A stretch of DNA of 64,000 nt, taken from NCBI GenBank assembly GCA_047285305.1, contig JBJBDL010000003.1:1408001-1472000 (forward strand), written 5' to 3'. This document shows positions 42,292 through 53,284 of this stretch, one piece after another. The notes under the pieces were generated by a model, which saw only the letters and a list, made by a program, of their open reading frames with translations, did not search any database and was not told the origin of the DNA. The position numbers and the translations under genes were made by a program. The stretch comes from Synechococcus sp. (GTDB lineage: Bacteria > Cyanobacteriota > Cyanobacteriia > PCC-6307 > Cyanobiaceae). Each line of letters begins with the position of its first letter. Position 1 is the first letter of the stretch.

Positions 42292-42518
42292 GAACCTTGT
42301 TTGCGTTCTTTGAAGCTGAACGAAGCGTCTGGCTGTATGGCTTGTCAGACCAGTCAGGCAGCTTCTAGATCTTGCTCAGTTGGACTGTCGTCACGCATTG
42401 GACGCCTCCGACTTCGACTCCCCCATTCTCCTCCAGTGGAGATGCTTTGATCATCCGTATTTCAACTCAGCGGTAGGGAGCAGTGCCTAGGCCTGCCCGA
42501 TGCTCAAAGCCAACAGAA

Positions 42519-42647
42519 CTATTGAGCCAAATGTTGAAGGACCGCACCGATATTCATGCTCCCTTTTAGATATCCGGCAAAAGCCAATGCGATCACACCA
42601 GCATTAAGCGCTAGGAACGCGGCAACCAATTTGACGTCGTCATTCAT
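42519..42647 (-). CDS. 42-aa single-TM small protein
   Basis: Hand translation MNDDVKLVAAFLALNAGVIALAFAGYLKGSMNIGAVLQHLAQ. Confidence 0.6.
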   Translation of the reverse strand: MNDDVKLVAAFLALNAGVIALAFAGYLKGSMNIGAVLQHLAQ

Positions 42648-42745
42648 CCATTGATTATCGGAGGGGTGTTCGCGTGACTGTGGTCACCAAATCTTTGGAG
42701 ATGATGAAACTGCTCAAGCGCTGGGTTCTTTCCTGAAGTGGTCAC

Positions 42746-42773
42746 AAAAAAGCCCGGCGTTGGTGCCGGGCTT
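42746..42773 (-). terminator. Intrinsic terminator of rpe
   Basis: AAAAAAGCCCGGC-GTTGGT-GCCGGGCTT. Confidence 0.85.
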
Positions 42774-42799
42774 GTGGTGTTCAGTTGATGGTCTGCCAA

Positions 42800-43483
42800 T
42801 CAGGCAAGAACAGCTTCCTTGCTGCTGCTATTGCGGATGCCCTTGATCGCCTCGGCGTAATCGGGTTGGTTGAACACACCGGAGCCGGACACAATTGCGT
42901 TGGCACCTGCTTCGATCACCTTCCAGGCATTGCCGGCTTTGATTCCGCCATCAACTTCGATCCAGGGATCGAGACCCTTCTCGTCGCACATGCGGCGCAG
43001 GTCGCGGATTTTCTGGACCTGGTTTTCGATGAAGCTTTGGCCCCCGAAACCGGGGTTGACGCTCATGATCAGCACCAGATCGCAGAGCTCGAGGCAGTAC
43101 TCGAGGGTGTCGATCGGTGTTGATGGATTGAGGACTGCACCTGCTTTTTTGCCCAGGTCCTTGATCTGAGCCAGGTTGCGGTGCAGATGCGGGCAGGCTT
43201 CAACCTGAACAGAAATTATGTCGGCACCGGCTTTGGCGAAGTCGGGAACGTATTTCTCCGGCTCAACGATCATCAGGTGAACGTCCAGGGGCTTCTGGGT
43301 CACCGGCCGCAGCGCCTCAACAATCAGCGGACCAATAGTGATGTTCGGAACAAAGCGGCCGTCCATCACATCCACGTGGATCCAATCCGCACCGGCTTCG
43401 TCCACGGCTTTCACTTCTTCGCCGAGGCGTGCGAAGTCAGCCGACAGGATTGACGGCGAGATCACCAGGGGCTTGGTGCTCAT
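42800..43483 (-). CDS. rpe: Ribulose-phosphate 3-epimerase
   Basis: [31 protein letters not shown]. Confidence 0.97.
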   Translation of the reverse strand: MSTKPLVISPSILSADFARLGEEVKAVDEAGADWIHVDVMDGRFVPNITIGPLIVEALRPVTQKPLDVHLMIVEPEKYVPDFAKAGADIISVQVEACPHLHRNLAQIKDLGKKAGAVLNPSTPIDTLEYCLELCDLVLIMSVNPGFGGQSFIENQVQKIRDLRRMCDEKGLDPWIEVDGGIKAGNAWKVIEAGANAIVSGSGVFNQPDYAEAIKGIRNSSSKEAVLA

Positions 43484-43633
43484 TGATGAGGAGCGCGAAG
43501 TGCCGGGCGATTTTAGGGACTCCTGCAACCACTGATACAGTGAGCCGCGCTCAGACGTCGAGATCCACTGCGGCGACGGCCAACTGCCCGTCCAGGAGAT
43601 CTCGCCAACCCGTCCCACCTCATCCGGAGTCCC

Positions 43634-44638
43634 GTGGATCAGACCCTCATTCAGGAAATTCTCGAGATCGTCGAGCAGGCCGCCATCGCTTCCGCCTCGC
43701 TCTCCGGCAAAGGCCTGAAGGATGAAGCCGATGCATTGGCCGTCGATGCCATGCGTAAGCGCATGAATCAGATTCAGATGCAGGGCCGCATCGTGATTGG
43801 AGAGGGTGAACGTGATGAAGCCCCAATGCTCTACATCGGAGAAGAGGTCGGGACCGGCACCGGCCCAGGCGTCGACTTTGCTGTTGACCCTTGCGAAGGC
43901 ACCAACCTCTGCGCCTTCAACCAGCGCGGCTCCATGGCTGTTCTCGCCGCTTCCGACCGTGGCGGTCTGTTCAATGCCCCCGACTTTTACATGAAGAAGC
44001 TGGCTGCTCCTCCGGCAGCCAAGGGCAAAGTGGACATCCGCAAATCAGCCACCGAAAACATCAAGATCCTCAGCGAGTGCCTGGGACTCCCCGTCGACGA
44101 GCTGAACATCGTGGTTATGGATCGCGCCCGTCACAAGGACCTGATCGCTGAGATCCGGGCCACCGGCGCTCGCATCCAGCCCATCTCCGATGGAGACGTT
44201 CAGGCTGCCATCGCCTGCGGTTTCGCTGGTACCGGAACTCACTGCCTGATGGGCATCGGTGCTGCCCCTGAAGGTGTGATCTCCGCCGCTGCCATGCGCG
44301 CTCTTGGTGGTCACTTCCAGGGCCAACTGGTGTATGACCCTGCGATTGCTCAGACCTCCGAGTGGGCTGACATGACCAAAGAGGGCAACCTGGCGCGTCT
44401 CGCTGAGATGGGCATCGCCGATCCCGACAAGGTCTATGAAGCTGAGGAGCTGGCCTGCGGCGAGCATGTTTGTTTCGCTGGCAGCGGCATCACGGATGGT
44501 CTGCTCTTTGATGGCGTTAAGTTCGAAAAGGACTGCACCCGCACAAGCAGCCTGGTGATCAGCAACCTGGACAACACCTGCCGCTTCACCAACACCGTGC
44601 ACATCAAAGACGGCGCCCAGAGCATCGCTCTGAGCTGA
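43634..44638 (+). CDS. glpX: Fructose-1,6-/sedoheptulose-1,7-bisphosphatase class II
   Basis: [29 protein letters not shown]. Confidence 0.97.
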   Translation: MDQTLIQEILEIVEQAAIASASLSGKGLKDEADALAVDAMRKRMNQIQMQGRIVIGEGERDEAPMLYIGEEVGTGTGPGVDFAVDPCEGTNLCAFNQRGSMAVLAASDRGGLFNAPDFYMKKLAAPPAAKGKVDIRKSATENIKILSECLGLPVDELNIVVMDRARHKDLIAEIRATGARIQPISDGDVQAAIACGFAGTGTHCLMGIGAAPEGVISAAAMRALGGHFQGQLVYDPAIAQTSEWADMTKEGNLARLAEMGIADPDKVYEAEELACGEHVCFAGSGITDGLLFDGVKFEKDCTRTSSLVISNLDNTCRFTNTVHIKDGAQSIALS

Positions 44639-44669
44639 TCGTCATCAACTGGTTGAGAGGAACGTCTTC

Positions 44670-45968
44670 ATGCATATCTCCGTCGTCGGCCTCAGTCATC
44701 GGACGGCACCGGTGGAGATCCGGGAACGGCTCAGCATCCCTGAGCAGACCATGGAGACGTCCCTTCAATCTCTCCGCGGCAATGAGCAGGTGCTCGAGGC
44801 ATCGATCCTCAGCACCTGCAACCGCCTTGAGATTTACACCTTGGTCCGGAATCCGGACCTCGGCGTGTCTGCTGTCAGCGACTTCCTCAGCAGCCACTCC
44901 GGTCTTGAGACAGGGGAGCTGACGCCTCACTTGTTCAGTTATCACCACGAAGACGCTGTCGACCATCTGATGCGGGTGGCAGCAGGTCTCGACAGCCTTG
45001 TGCTGGGGGAAGGTCAAATCCTCTCCCAGGTGAAAAAAATGATGAGGCTCGGCCAGGAGCACAAATCCCTGGGTCCGATCCTGAATCGCTTGCTTACCCA
45101 GGCTGTTTCCACTGGCAAACGGGTCCGCAGTGAAACCAACCTCGGAACGGGGGCTGTTTCGATCAGCTCAGCTGCCGTTGAGCTCGCCCAGCTCAAGCTC
45201 GGTCAATCCCGGGGACTGGATCAACTGGTCACCCTGGAAAGCGAGCAGATCGCCGTTGTTGGTGCAGGGCGCATGAGCCGTCTGTTGCTCCAGCACCTTC
45301 AGGCCAAAGGTGCCTCGGGTGTTGTTTTGCTGAACCGCACCGTTGAACGGGCCGAGCAGCTGTCGGCTGATTTCCCTGATCTCCCTGTTCAGTGCAGGCC
45401 GCTCACGGATCTGGATCAGTACCTGAGTACCTGCTCGCTGATGTTCACCAGCACCGCCGCCGATGATCCGATCATTGATGCCGCACGTCTGGCACCTCTG
45501 AACCGGCGCAGCAAGCTGCGCCTGATTGATATCGGTGTGCCGCGCAACATCGCTGCGGATTCGGCCGATGTGGACGGCGTTGAATCCCACGATGTGGACG
45601 ACCTACAAGAGGTCGTTGCCCGTAACCAGGAAGCCCGTCAGGCCATGGCCCGGGAGGCTGAGCAGTTGCTTCAGCAAGAAGCACAGCAGTTCCTAGAGTG
45701 GTGGGACAGTCTTGAGGCTGTGCCGACCATCAACCAGCTGCGCTCTTCGATGGAGTCGATCCGTTCGGAGGAACTCCAGAAGGCCCTCAGCCGAATGGGC
45801 CCTGATTTCTCAGCCCGGGAACGCAAGGTAGTCGAAGCGTTGAGCAAGGGAATTATCAATAAAATCCTCCACACGCCTGTGACCCAGCTGCGGGCTCCCC
45901 AGACCCGTCAAGATCGCCAACAGGCCCTCCGAATTGTCGAACGACTGTTCGATTTGGAAGCTTCTTGA
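44670..45968 (+). CDS. hemA: Glutamyl-tRNA reductase
   Basis: HRTAPVEIRE, STCNRLEIY, GLDSLVLGEGQIL, DIGVPRNI. Confidence 0.97.
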   Translation: MHISVVGLSHRTAPVEIRERLSIPEQTMETSLQSLRGNEQVLEASILSTCNRLEIYTLVRNPDLGVSAVSDFLSSHSGLETGELTPHLFSYHHEDAVDHLMRVAAGLDSLVLGEGQILSQVKKMMRLGQEHKSLGPILNRLLTQAVSTGKRVRSETNLGTGAVSISSAAVELAQLKLGQSRGLDQLVTLESEQIAVVGAGRMSRLLLQHLQAKGASGVVLLNRTVERAEQLSADFPDLPVQCRPLTDLDQYLSTCSLMFTSTAADDPIIDAARLAPLNRRSKLRLIDIGVPRNIAADSADVDGVESHDVDDLQEVVARNQEARQAMAREAEQLLQQEAQQFLEWWDSLEAVPTINQLRSSMESIRSEELQKALSRMGPDFSARERKVVEALSKGIINKILHTPVTQLRAPQTRQDRQQALRIVERLFDLEAS

Positions 45969-46089
45969 GCTCTTAAGCGATGCAGTCGCGATCTGAATCC
46001 CAGTAATCTCGACTGATTCTTCCCAAAGACGGTTGCGAAGCCAAAAACTCCGGTAAGTTCTTGCGGCAACGCCGATTTGGGACAGCGGC

Positions 46090-47385
46090 ATGAAGCGGGT
46101 CTTGGCCATCATTCTGGGCGGCGGTGCAGGTACGCGCCTGTATCCGCTCACAAAAATGCGCGCCAAGCCGGCCGTCCCTCTCGCAGGGAAATATCGACTG
46201 ATTGATATTCCGATAAGCAACTGCATCAACTCCGACATCAACAAGATGTACGTGATGACGCAGTTCAACAGTGCGTCACTGAACCGCCACCTCAGTCAGA
46301 CCTACAACCTCAGCAATTCCTTCGGTGGCGGCTTTGTTGAGGTGCTCGCAGCCCAGCAAACCCCTGACAGTCCCACCTGGTTTGAGGGCACTGCAGACGC
46401 TGTACGCAAATACCAGTGGTTGTTCCAGGAATGGGACGTTGATGAATACCTGATCCTTTCCGGCGACCAGCTCTACCGGATGGATTACAGCCTCTTCATC
46501 GAGCACCACCGCCGCTCAGGCGCTGATCTCACCGTTGCTGCCCTTCCCGTTGATCCCAAGCAGGCAGAGGCTTTCGGTCTGATGCGGACCGATGAAAACG
46601 GTTCGATCAAGGAGTTCCGCGAGAAGCCCAAGGGTGATTCGCTTCTGGAGATGGCTGTCGACACCTCTCGCTTCGGCCTCAGTGCTGATTCAGCTAAGGA
46701 AAGGCCCTACTTGGCCTCGATGGGCATTTACGTTTTCAGCCGTCAGACCCTCTTTGATCTGCTCGACAAACATCCCGGACACAAGGATTTCGGCAAGGAG
46801 ATCATTCCCGAGGCTCTCGCGAGGGGCGACAAGCTTCAGAGCTACGTGTTCGACGACTACTGGGAAGACATCGGCACCATCGGTGCTTTCTATGAAGCCA
46901 ACCTCGCTCTCACCCAACAACCCACGCCTCCCTTCAGCTTCTACGACGAGAAATTCCCCATCTACACGCGTCCTCGCTATTTGCCCCCCAGCAAGCTGGT
47001 TGATGCCCAGATCACCAATTCGATTGTTGGCGAAGGCTCGATCCTGAAGTCCTGCAGCATCCACCACTGTGTTCTCGGCGTGCGCAGTCGAATTGAAAGT
47101 GACTGCGTGCTTCAGGACACCCTGGTGATGGGGGCCGACTTCTTCGAATCCCCCGACGAACGTGCTGTCTTAAAAGAGCGAGGAGGCATTCCCCTTGGCG
47201 TGGGCAAGGGCACCACGGTGAAACGCGCCATCCTCGACAAGAACACCCGCATTGGTTCGGGTGTCTCGATCATCAACAAAGACAATGTGGAAGAAGCCGA
47301 TCGTTCGGATCAGGGTTTCTACATCCGCAACGGCATTGTGGTGGTTCAGAAAAACGCCACCATCGCAGATGGAACGGTGATCTGA
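46090..47385 (+). CDS. glgC: Glucose-1-phosphate adenylyltransferase
   Basis: [34 protein letters not shown]. Confidence 0.98.
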   Translation: MKRVLAIILGGGAGTRLYPLTKMRAKPAVPLAGKYRLIDIPISNCINSDINKMYVMTQFNSASLNRHLSQTYNLSNSFGGGFVEVLAAQQTPDSPTWFEGTADAVRKYQWLFQEWDVDEYLILSGDQLYRMDYSLFIEHHRRSGADLTVAALPVDPKQAEAFGLMRTDENGSIKEFREKPKGDSLLEMAVDTSRFGLSADSAKERPYLASMGIYVFSRQTLFDLLDKHPGHKDFGKEIIPEALARGDKLQSYVFDDYWEDIGTIGAFYEANLALTQQPTPPFSFYDEKFPIYTRPRYLPPSKLVDAQITNSIVGEGSILKSCSIHHCVLGVRSRIESDCVLQDTLVMGADFFESPDERAVLKERGGIPLGVGKGTTVKRAILDKNTRIGSGVSIINKDNVEEADRSDQGFYIRNGIVVVQKNATIADGTVI

Positions 47386-47521
47386 GGGCAGGAATCGCTC
47401 TCAGGAATGAGTAGACGTCTATGTGAGCCGATGGCTCATTCCTGACATTTGTTGGTTGATTTGCGGTCGAGACAAGCCGAGATCAACACACTGATATCAG
47501 TAGTCAGTGGTCCTTCAGGCC

Positions 47522-48940
47522 ATGTCCAAGTCTCACTTCGGCCTCATCGGTCTTGGCGTGATGGGCGAGAATCTCGTCCTGAATGCGGAGCGCAACGGTT
47601 TTTCCAGCGTTGTCTACAACCGCACCTACGCCAAAACCGAAGACTTCCTCCAGGGGCGTGGCAAGGACAAGAACATTCAGGGCGCCACTGACATCGAAGA
47701 TTTCGTTGGCAAGTTGGAACGCCCCCGCCGGATTTTGATGATGGTGAAGGCGGGGCCTGCCGTCGATGCTGTTGTTGATCAGCTCTCTCCTCATCTCGAA
47801 GAAGGTGATCTGCTGATTGATGGAGGCAACTCCGACTACCACGACACCGAACGTCGGGTGAAGCAACTCGAGAGCAAGAGCTTCGGCTTCATCGGTATGG
47901 GTGTGTCCGGTGGCGCCAAAGGTGCCCTGGAGGGGCCGAGCATGATGCCCGGAGGAACCAAGACCTCCTACGAGGCCATCGAGAGCCTTGTGAACAAGAT
48001 GGCGGCTCAGGTCGAAGACGGACCTTGCGTGACCTACATCGGTCCAGGGGGGTCAGGACACCTGGTTAAAACTGTCCACAACGGGATCGAATACGGCATC
48101 GAGCAGATCCTTGCCGAGGGTTACGACCTGATGAAGCGGGTCAAGGGAATGACCGGTGTGCAGATGGCCGACATTCTTGGTCAATGGAATGCCACAGAAG
48201 AGTTGTCGTCGTATCTGGTGGAAATCACCGAGGTGTGTCTCCGCACCAAGGATCCCGTCGATGGCACTGATCTGGTGGAAAAAATCACCGATCAGGCTGG
48301 CCAGAAGGGCACGGGCCTCTGGACCGTGGTGACGGCGCTGCAGATGGGTGCCTCTGTTCCCACGATTTATGCCTCTCTCAATGCAAGGGTGATGAGCTCG
48401 ATGAAGCCTCAACGCGTGGCGGCCGAATCGATGCTCAAAGGACCTGCCATTAAGGACTTTGACCTGGGAACGCCTGACGATGCCATGGCTCCGCTGATGG
48501 ATGCCACGGTGCTGAGTTGCATCGCCAGTTATGCCCAGGGCATGGAGCTTCTGCGTATCGCCTCCCAGGACCTCGACTATGAACTTCACATGCCGTCGAT
48601 CGCTCAGATCTGGAAGGGTGGGTGCATCATTCGGGCCCGTCTGCTGAAGCGCATTCAGGATGCTTTCGATGCTGATCCCCAACTGCCCAACCTGATGGTG
48701 GATCCCTGGTTCGCTGAACAGATCAACCGACGGCTGCCCGGACTGGCTCAAGTGGTGGCCGGTGCCGCCGAGGCCGGCATTCCCGTTCCCTGCTTCAGCA
48801 GCACCCTTGACTACATCAACAGCTACCGTTCCGGCCGCCTTCCTCAGAACCTGGTTCAGGCGATGCGCGATTGCTTCGGCTCCCACACCTACCAAAGGGT
48901 CGACAAGGAGGGCACGTTCCACACCGAATGGCTCAGCTGA
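47522..48940 (+). CDS. gnd: 6-phosphogluconate dehydrogenase (decarboxylating)
   Basis: GLGVMG, IDGGNS, VHNGIEY, QKGTG, RDCFGSH. Confidence 0.97.
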   Translation: MSKSHFGLIGLGVMGENLVLNAERNGFSSVVYNRTYAKTEDFLQGRGKDKNIQGATDIEDFVGKLERPRRILMMVKAGPAVDAVVDQLSPHLEEGDLLIDGGNSDYHDTERRVKQLESKSFGFIGMGVSGGAKGALEGPSMMPGGTKTSYEAIESLVNKMAAQVEDGPCVTYIGPGGSGHLVKTVHNGIEYGIEQILAEGYDLMKRVKGMTGVQMADILGQWNATEELSSYLVEITEVCLRTKDPVDGTDLVEKITDQAGQKGTGLWTVVTALQMGASVPTIYASLNARVMSSMKPQRVAAESMLKGPAIKDFDLGTPDDAMAPLMDATVLSCIASYAQGMELLRIASQDLDYELHMPSIAQIWKGGCIIRARLLKRIQDAFDADPQLPNLMVDPWFAEQINRRLPGLAQVVAGAAEAGIPVPCFSSTLDYINSYRSGRLPQNLVQAMRDCFGSHTYQRVDKEGTFHTEWLS

Positions 48941-48951
48941 GAGGTTGAGCG

Positions 48952-49665
48952 ATGACCAACTACCGCATCGAGCGGGCTAAGGATCCTCAGGACCTCGCTC
49001 GTCAGGCCTGTGAAACTGTTGCCGCCCAAATTGATCTTGCCTTGGATCAACGGGACCGTTGCCAGATCGCTCTCTCCGGTGGGAGTACGCCCGCCAGCGC
49101 CTACTCCCTGCTCGGTCAGGAACGGTTGCCCTGGGACCGGGTGGACGTCGTCCTGGGTGATGAGCGCTGGGTGGCTGCCGACGATGCGTCAAGCAACGCC
49201 GGCATGCTGCGCCGCACCCTTCTCGCACCCGGGCCTGGAGCTTCAGCCGCTTTTCATCCCGTGCCCACCGTGGAACTGGACAGCCCTGAGGCAAGTGCCC
49301 AGGCTTTTGCTGACAAGCTTTCTCAGCTGTGCTCAGGAGCACCACCGGTGTTCGATGTGATGCTGCTAGGCCTGGGGGATGACGGCCATACCGCATCCCT
49401 TTTCCCCGGCACTGAGGCTCCATCGGTGCTGGATCGCTGGACGACCATCGGGCGCGGCAAAGGATTGGATCGCATCACCCTGACGGCTCCTGTGCTCAGT
49501 GCCGCCCGTCACGTGATCTTCCTCGTCAGTGGGGCCGGTAAACAGGAAGCCCTCAGGCGACTGGTCGATCCCTCCGAATCCTCCGATCGCACTCCCGCTC
49601 GGCTGGTTCAACCTGCTAATGGTGTGCTGATCCTTGCTGATCAGGATGCAGCCGCCGGCCTCTGA
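48952..49665 (+). CDS. pgl: 6-phosphogluconolactonase
   Basis: ALSGGSTP, GDERWV, LGLGDDGHTASLFP. Confidence 0.95.
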   Translation: MTNYRIERAKDPQDLARQACETVAAQIDLALDQRDRCQIALSGGSTPASAYSLLGQERLPWDRVDVVLGDERWVAADDASSNAGMLRRTLLAPGPGASAAFHPVPTVELDSPEASAQAFADKLSQLCSGAPPVFDVMLLGLGDDGHTASLFPGTEAPSVLDRWTTIGRGKGLDRITLTAPVLSAARHVIFLVSGAGKQEALRRLVDPSESSDRTPARLVQPANGVLILADQDAAAGL

Positions 49666-50206
49666 ACAGATCCTTTTCCAGGGCAGCGACTTTGCTGACT
49701 GGGCCAGCCTGAACGACACGATCATGGGCGGCCGATCCCGTGCCGGTTGTCGCGTGACCCCCGACGGACTCGTTCTGGAGGGGGAGCTGGTGGAGACCGG
49801 CGGTGGTTTCGTGAGCTGCCGCTCCCCTCGCCTTCAGCCCCCGCTCGATCTGTCCCCTTATTCAGTACTTCAGCTGGATGTTGAGGGTGAGGGACGCACC
49901 CTGAAGATTGCCCTTGGTTGCCGGGATGGAGCCATGGGACTCACAGAACTGATTCCCGGTGGTCTCCGCTGGGTGGTGGATGTTCCGACTCAACCGTCCG
50001 GAGTGACCCCTGTTGTGGTGCCATTCGCCGACCTCAGCCCCACGGTGCGTGCCAAGCCCGTTGGCTTGCCGCTGCGCTTCGATCCCAGTGGCATCACCCG
50101 CATTCAGGTGTTGCACTCGAAATTCGGCGATGCTGGGGATCTCAATCCTGGTTTTCGCGCTGGCTCCATCCGGGTGCTGATCCGTTCAATCCGCGCCTTG
50201 CCCTGA
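49634..50206 (+). CDS. CIA30 family protein
   Basis: LNDTIMGGRS, GGGFVSCRS; start uncertain. Confidence 0.85.
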   Translation: MLIRMQPPASEQILFQGSDFADWASLNDTIMGGRSRAGCRVTPDGLVLEGELVETGGGFVSCRSPRLQPPLDLSPYSVLQLDVEGEGRTLKIALGCRDGAMGLTELIPGGLRWVVDVPTQPSGVTPVVVPFADLSPTVRAKPVGLPLRFDPSGITRIQVLHSKFGDAGDLNPGFRAGSIRVLIRSIRALP

Positions 50207-50210
50207 GTCC

Positions 50211-50579
50211 ATGGACCTTCTGGTGTTGATTGCCAAGGCGGCTGACGTTTGCCTCAAGCCCTGGAGCCATGCTGTTGTTCTGATCGATCCTTCGGCTCCA
50301 GTACAAATCGACGATCTGCACGTGCGGATTGAATGTCGTGATGGCGACGGCCAGCGTTGCTCCGCTCAGGATCTTGAACTGGAGATCTACCTGAGTGGCA
50401 ACGAGATCAATCTGATGCTGAGCTGGTGGGACCAACCGGAACGTCCGATGCTCTGGCACGGGCGTCATCCGGTCTGGATGGATGGCGCCTCGGGGCAGCG
50501 CTGTGCGGCACCGCAGGATGCCGCACCTCTGGAAGCGTTGGGTCGGCGCCTACGGGCTCTGGTGCAACCGGCTGTTTGA
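50211..50579 (+). CDS. Conserved hypothetical protein
   Basis: 122 aa co-directional ORF (DLELEIY, PMLWHGRHPVWMD). Confidence 0.7.
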   Translation: MDLLVLIAKAADVCLKPWSHAVVLIDPSAPVQIDDLHVRIECRDGDGQRCSAQDLELEIYLSGNEINLMLSWWDQPERPMLWHGRHPVWMDGASGQRCAAPQDAAPLEALGRRLRALVQPAV

Positions 50580-50590
50580 TTGCACCGAAT

Positions 50591-52264
50591 TCAATCGGCG
50601 TGGTCGGTTGTCGCCCCCCGGCTTGAGCTGGAGACGAGTCGCGCGTACTTGCCGAGAATTCCGTTGCGGTAAAGCGGTTCCGGCTTGCTCCATCCCGCTC
50701 TGCGGCGATCCAATTCCGCTTCATCCACGTTGAGTTGGAGCAGCAGCTGATCAGCATCAACCGTGATGCTGTCGCCTTCTTGAACCAGCCCGATCGTTCC
50801 GCCAACTGCAGCTTCAGGAGCCACGTGACCCACCACCAGGCCATAGGTGCCGCCGCTGAAGCGGCCATCGGTGATAAGGGCGACCTTGTCCCCCAAGCCC
50901 TGACCCACGATCGCTGAGGTGGGAGCCAGCATCTCCCGCATGCCCGGTCCACCGACGGGACCCTCGTTGCGGACCACCACCACATCCCCGGCCTGGATCT
51001 TTTTGTCGAGGATGGCGGCAAGGCAGTCTTCCTCGCTTTCAAACACCCGCGCCGGGCCGGTGAGCACGGGAGACTTCACACCGCTGATCTTGGCCACGCT
51101 TCCCTCGCTGGCGAGGTTGCCCTTGAGAATTGCTAGGTGTCCTTTGGCATAAAGCGGATTGCTCAGGGGGCGGATCACGTCCTGCCCGGAGGGCGGCTCC
51201 GACGGCACATCGGCCAGCAACTCCTTCAGGCTTTTGCCCTCCACCGTTCGGCAGTCGCCGTGCAGCAAGCCTGCATCCAGCAGCAGCTTCATCACCTGGG
51301 GAATGCCGCCGGCGTTGTGCAGATCAACGGTCACATAGCGGCCGCTGGGCTTGAGATCACAGATCACCGGCACCCGCTGCCGAATCCGTTCGAAGTCATC
51401 GATGCTCAGGTCGACGCCGGCGGTGCGGGCAATGGCCAGCAGGTGCAGCACAGCATTGGTGGAGCCACCCACCGCCATGATCACGCTGATGGCGTTCTCA
51501 AAGGCTTCTTTGGTAAGCAGATCCAGAGGGCGGATGTTGGCTTTCACGGCCTCCACCAGCACCTCGGCCGAGCGAGCGGCACTGTCGGCCTTTTCCTCGT
51601 CCTCGGCAGCCATCGTGGAGCTGTAGGGGAGGCTGAGACCCATCGTTTCGATGGCAGCACTCATGGTGTTGGCGGTGAACATGCCGCCGCAACTGCCAGC
51701 CCCAGGGCAGGCATTTTTCTCAACTGCGGTGAGCTGCTCTTCGTCGATCTTGCCGCTAGTCAGTTGGCCGACCGCTTCAAAAGCGCTCACCACCGTGAGA
51801 TCACAGCCGCCCAGCTTGCCCGGCTTGATCGTGCCCCCGTAGACGAACACCGAAGGAATGTTCATCCTTGCCATAGCGAGCATGGCGCCGGGCATGTTCT
51901 TGTCGCAGCCACCGACGGCTAGCACCCCATCCATGCTCTGGCCATTGCAGGCCGTTTCGATGGCGTCAGCAATCACTTCACGGCTCACCAGGGAGTACTT
52001 CATCCCTTCGGTGCCCATGGAGATTCCATCACTCACGGTGATGGTCCCGAACATCTGTGGCATGCCTCCGGCCTGCCGGGCCGCTTCCTCAGCTCGTTTG
52101 GCCAGGTCGTTCAGCCCCACATTGCAGGGTGTGATGGTGCTGTAGCCGTTGGCGATGCCCAGGATGGGCTTGCCGAAATCGCTGTCTCCAAAGCCCACGG
52201 CCCGCAACATGGCGCGGTTGGGAGACCGCTGAATCCCCTTGGTGACGGCGTCGGAGCGAAGCAT
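50591..52264 (-). CDS. ilvD: Dihydroxy-acid dehydratase
   Basis: [45 protein letters not shown]. Confidence 0.98.
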   Translation of the reverse strand: MLRSDAVTKGIQRSPNRAMLRAVGFGDSDFGKPILGIANGYSTITPCNVGLNDLAKRAEEAARQAGGMPQMFGTITVSDGISMGTEGMKYSLVSREVIADAIETACNGQSMDGVLAVGGCDKNMPGAMLAMARMNIPSVFVYGGTIKPGKLGGCDLTVVSAFEAVGQLTSGKIDEEQLTAVEKNACPGAGSCGGMFTANTMSAAIETMGLSLPYSSTMAAEDEEKADSAARSAEVLVEAVKANIRPLDLLTKEAFENAISVIMAVGGSTNAVLHLLAIARTAGVDLSIDDFERIRQRVPVICDLKPSGRYVTVDLHNAGGIPQVMKLLLDAGLLHGDCRTVEGKSLKELLADVPSEPPSGQDVIRPLSNPLYAKGHLAILKGNLASEGSVAKISGVKSPVLTGPARVFESEEDCLAAILDKKIQAGDVVVVRNEGPVGGPGMREMLAPTSAIVGQGLGDKVALITDGRFSGGTYGLVVGHVAPEAAVGGTIGLVQEGDSITVDADQLLLQLNVDEAELDRRRAGWSKPEPLYRNGILGKYARLVSSSSRGATTDHAD

Positions 52265-52308
52265 GGAACGGAGCGGACCAGTGGCAATCAAGCCAACCTA
52301 CCGAGCGC

Positions 52309-52587
52309 TCATCCTTCGCTACCTAGTCCCTCGAGCTGGGCGCGAACGCGGGCGATCTCCGCGTTGAGTTTTTCCACTCGCTCCTCGAGGTGTCCGTTGC
52401 CTGCGCTGTCTAGAACTTCGGAACCGTCCTGCATCCGTGGTGCGTGCAACATCGACTTCTGCGCGCCGTAACGCCTGCGCCTGTCGGCTTCGTTGAGGAG
52501 CCACCAGGCCAGTCCTGCAGCACCGAGCACTGCTCCGGTGACCAGAGTTGCCAGGGTGCCTGAGCCCGTGTCGTGCTGCTGGGCCAT
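52309..52587 (-). CDS. Small membrane-anchored coiled-coil protein
   Basis: TM segment LVTGAVLGAAGLAWWLL, then LEERVEKLNAEIARVRAQLE. Confidence 0.7.
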   Translation of the reverse strand: MAQQHDTGSGTLATLVTGAVLGAAGLAWWLLNEADRRRRYGAQKSMLHAPRMQDGSEVLDSAGNGHLEERVEKLNAEIARVRAQLEGLGSEG

Positions 52588-52623
52588 GGGTGCGATCAAC
52601 CTGCTTGAAGGTTAGTCATGCCC

Positions 52624-53229
52624 TCAAGATCTGAGGTTCAGCCGTCGCACAGGGTCACCGATTCCCGGACGAATCTCACCCTGCTCTCCCACGCCCTCGT
52701 CAATGCAGGCGGTGTGCAGCGTCAGATCTGGAATCGCTTCACCCAACAGCTTCAGTCCAGGACTGGCGCACAGAGCAGTGATCAGCCGCAGCCGCCGTCC
52801 ATCCACACCCTTGCTCTGGAGCTCCTGCAGGAGCTTGAGGGTCGCCTCACCATCGCTGATTTGATCAACAAACAAAATCACCCCGGCGTTGGCTTCGATC
52901 TCCTGTGGGCATGACTCCAGGCAGAGGGAGGAATCGGGAAGGACGGATCGTCCTCCCTGCCAAAGCTCGAGACCTGCTGGGAGCACTGGAATGGCGATCA
53001 GTGGTACCGATGCTTCAACGAGGGTGCCTTCGGTGTCCCCATGGATTCCGGGCACCATCTCCCGGCGATTGGGCAGCCAGTCCCGCAGGGCTTCGTAGGT
53101 GAGCCACCGGCCCAGTTCCTGCAGGGCGGTGGCGTAGAGGGCCGCAGGGGTTTCCCGATGCCGAAGCATCGTCAGCCAATGGCCGATCAGGGGATGGGGT
53201 GGAACCACCACCCGCAAGCTCATGGCCAT
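52624..53229 (-). CDS. upp: Uracil phosphoribosyltransferase-like protein (degenerate motifs)
   Basis: VPPHPLIGHWLTMLR, GRWLTYEALRDWLP, IRPGIGD. Confidence 0.8.
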   Translation of the reverse strand: MAMSLRVVVPPHPLIGHWLTMLRHRETPAALYATALQELGRWLTYEALRDWLPNRREMVPGIHGDTEGTLVEASVPLIAIPVLPAGLELWQGGRSVLPDSSLCLESCPQEIEANAGVILFVDQISDGEATLKLLQELQSKGVDGRRLRLITALCASPGLKLLGEAIPDLTLHTACIDEGVGEQGEIRPGIGDPVRRLNLRS

Positions 53230-53284
53230 ATCGACTCGCTCCGCGGACAGTTGCCATAACGTGATTGCTCAAATTACCGGTCTC

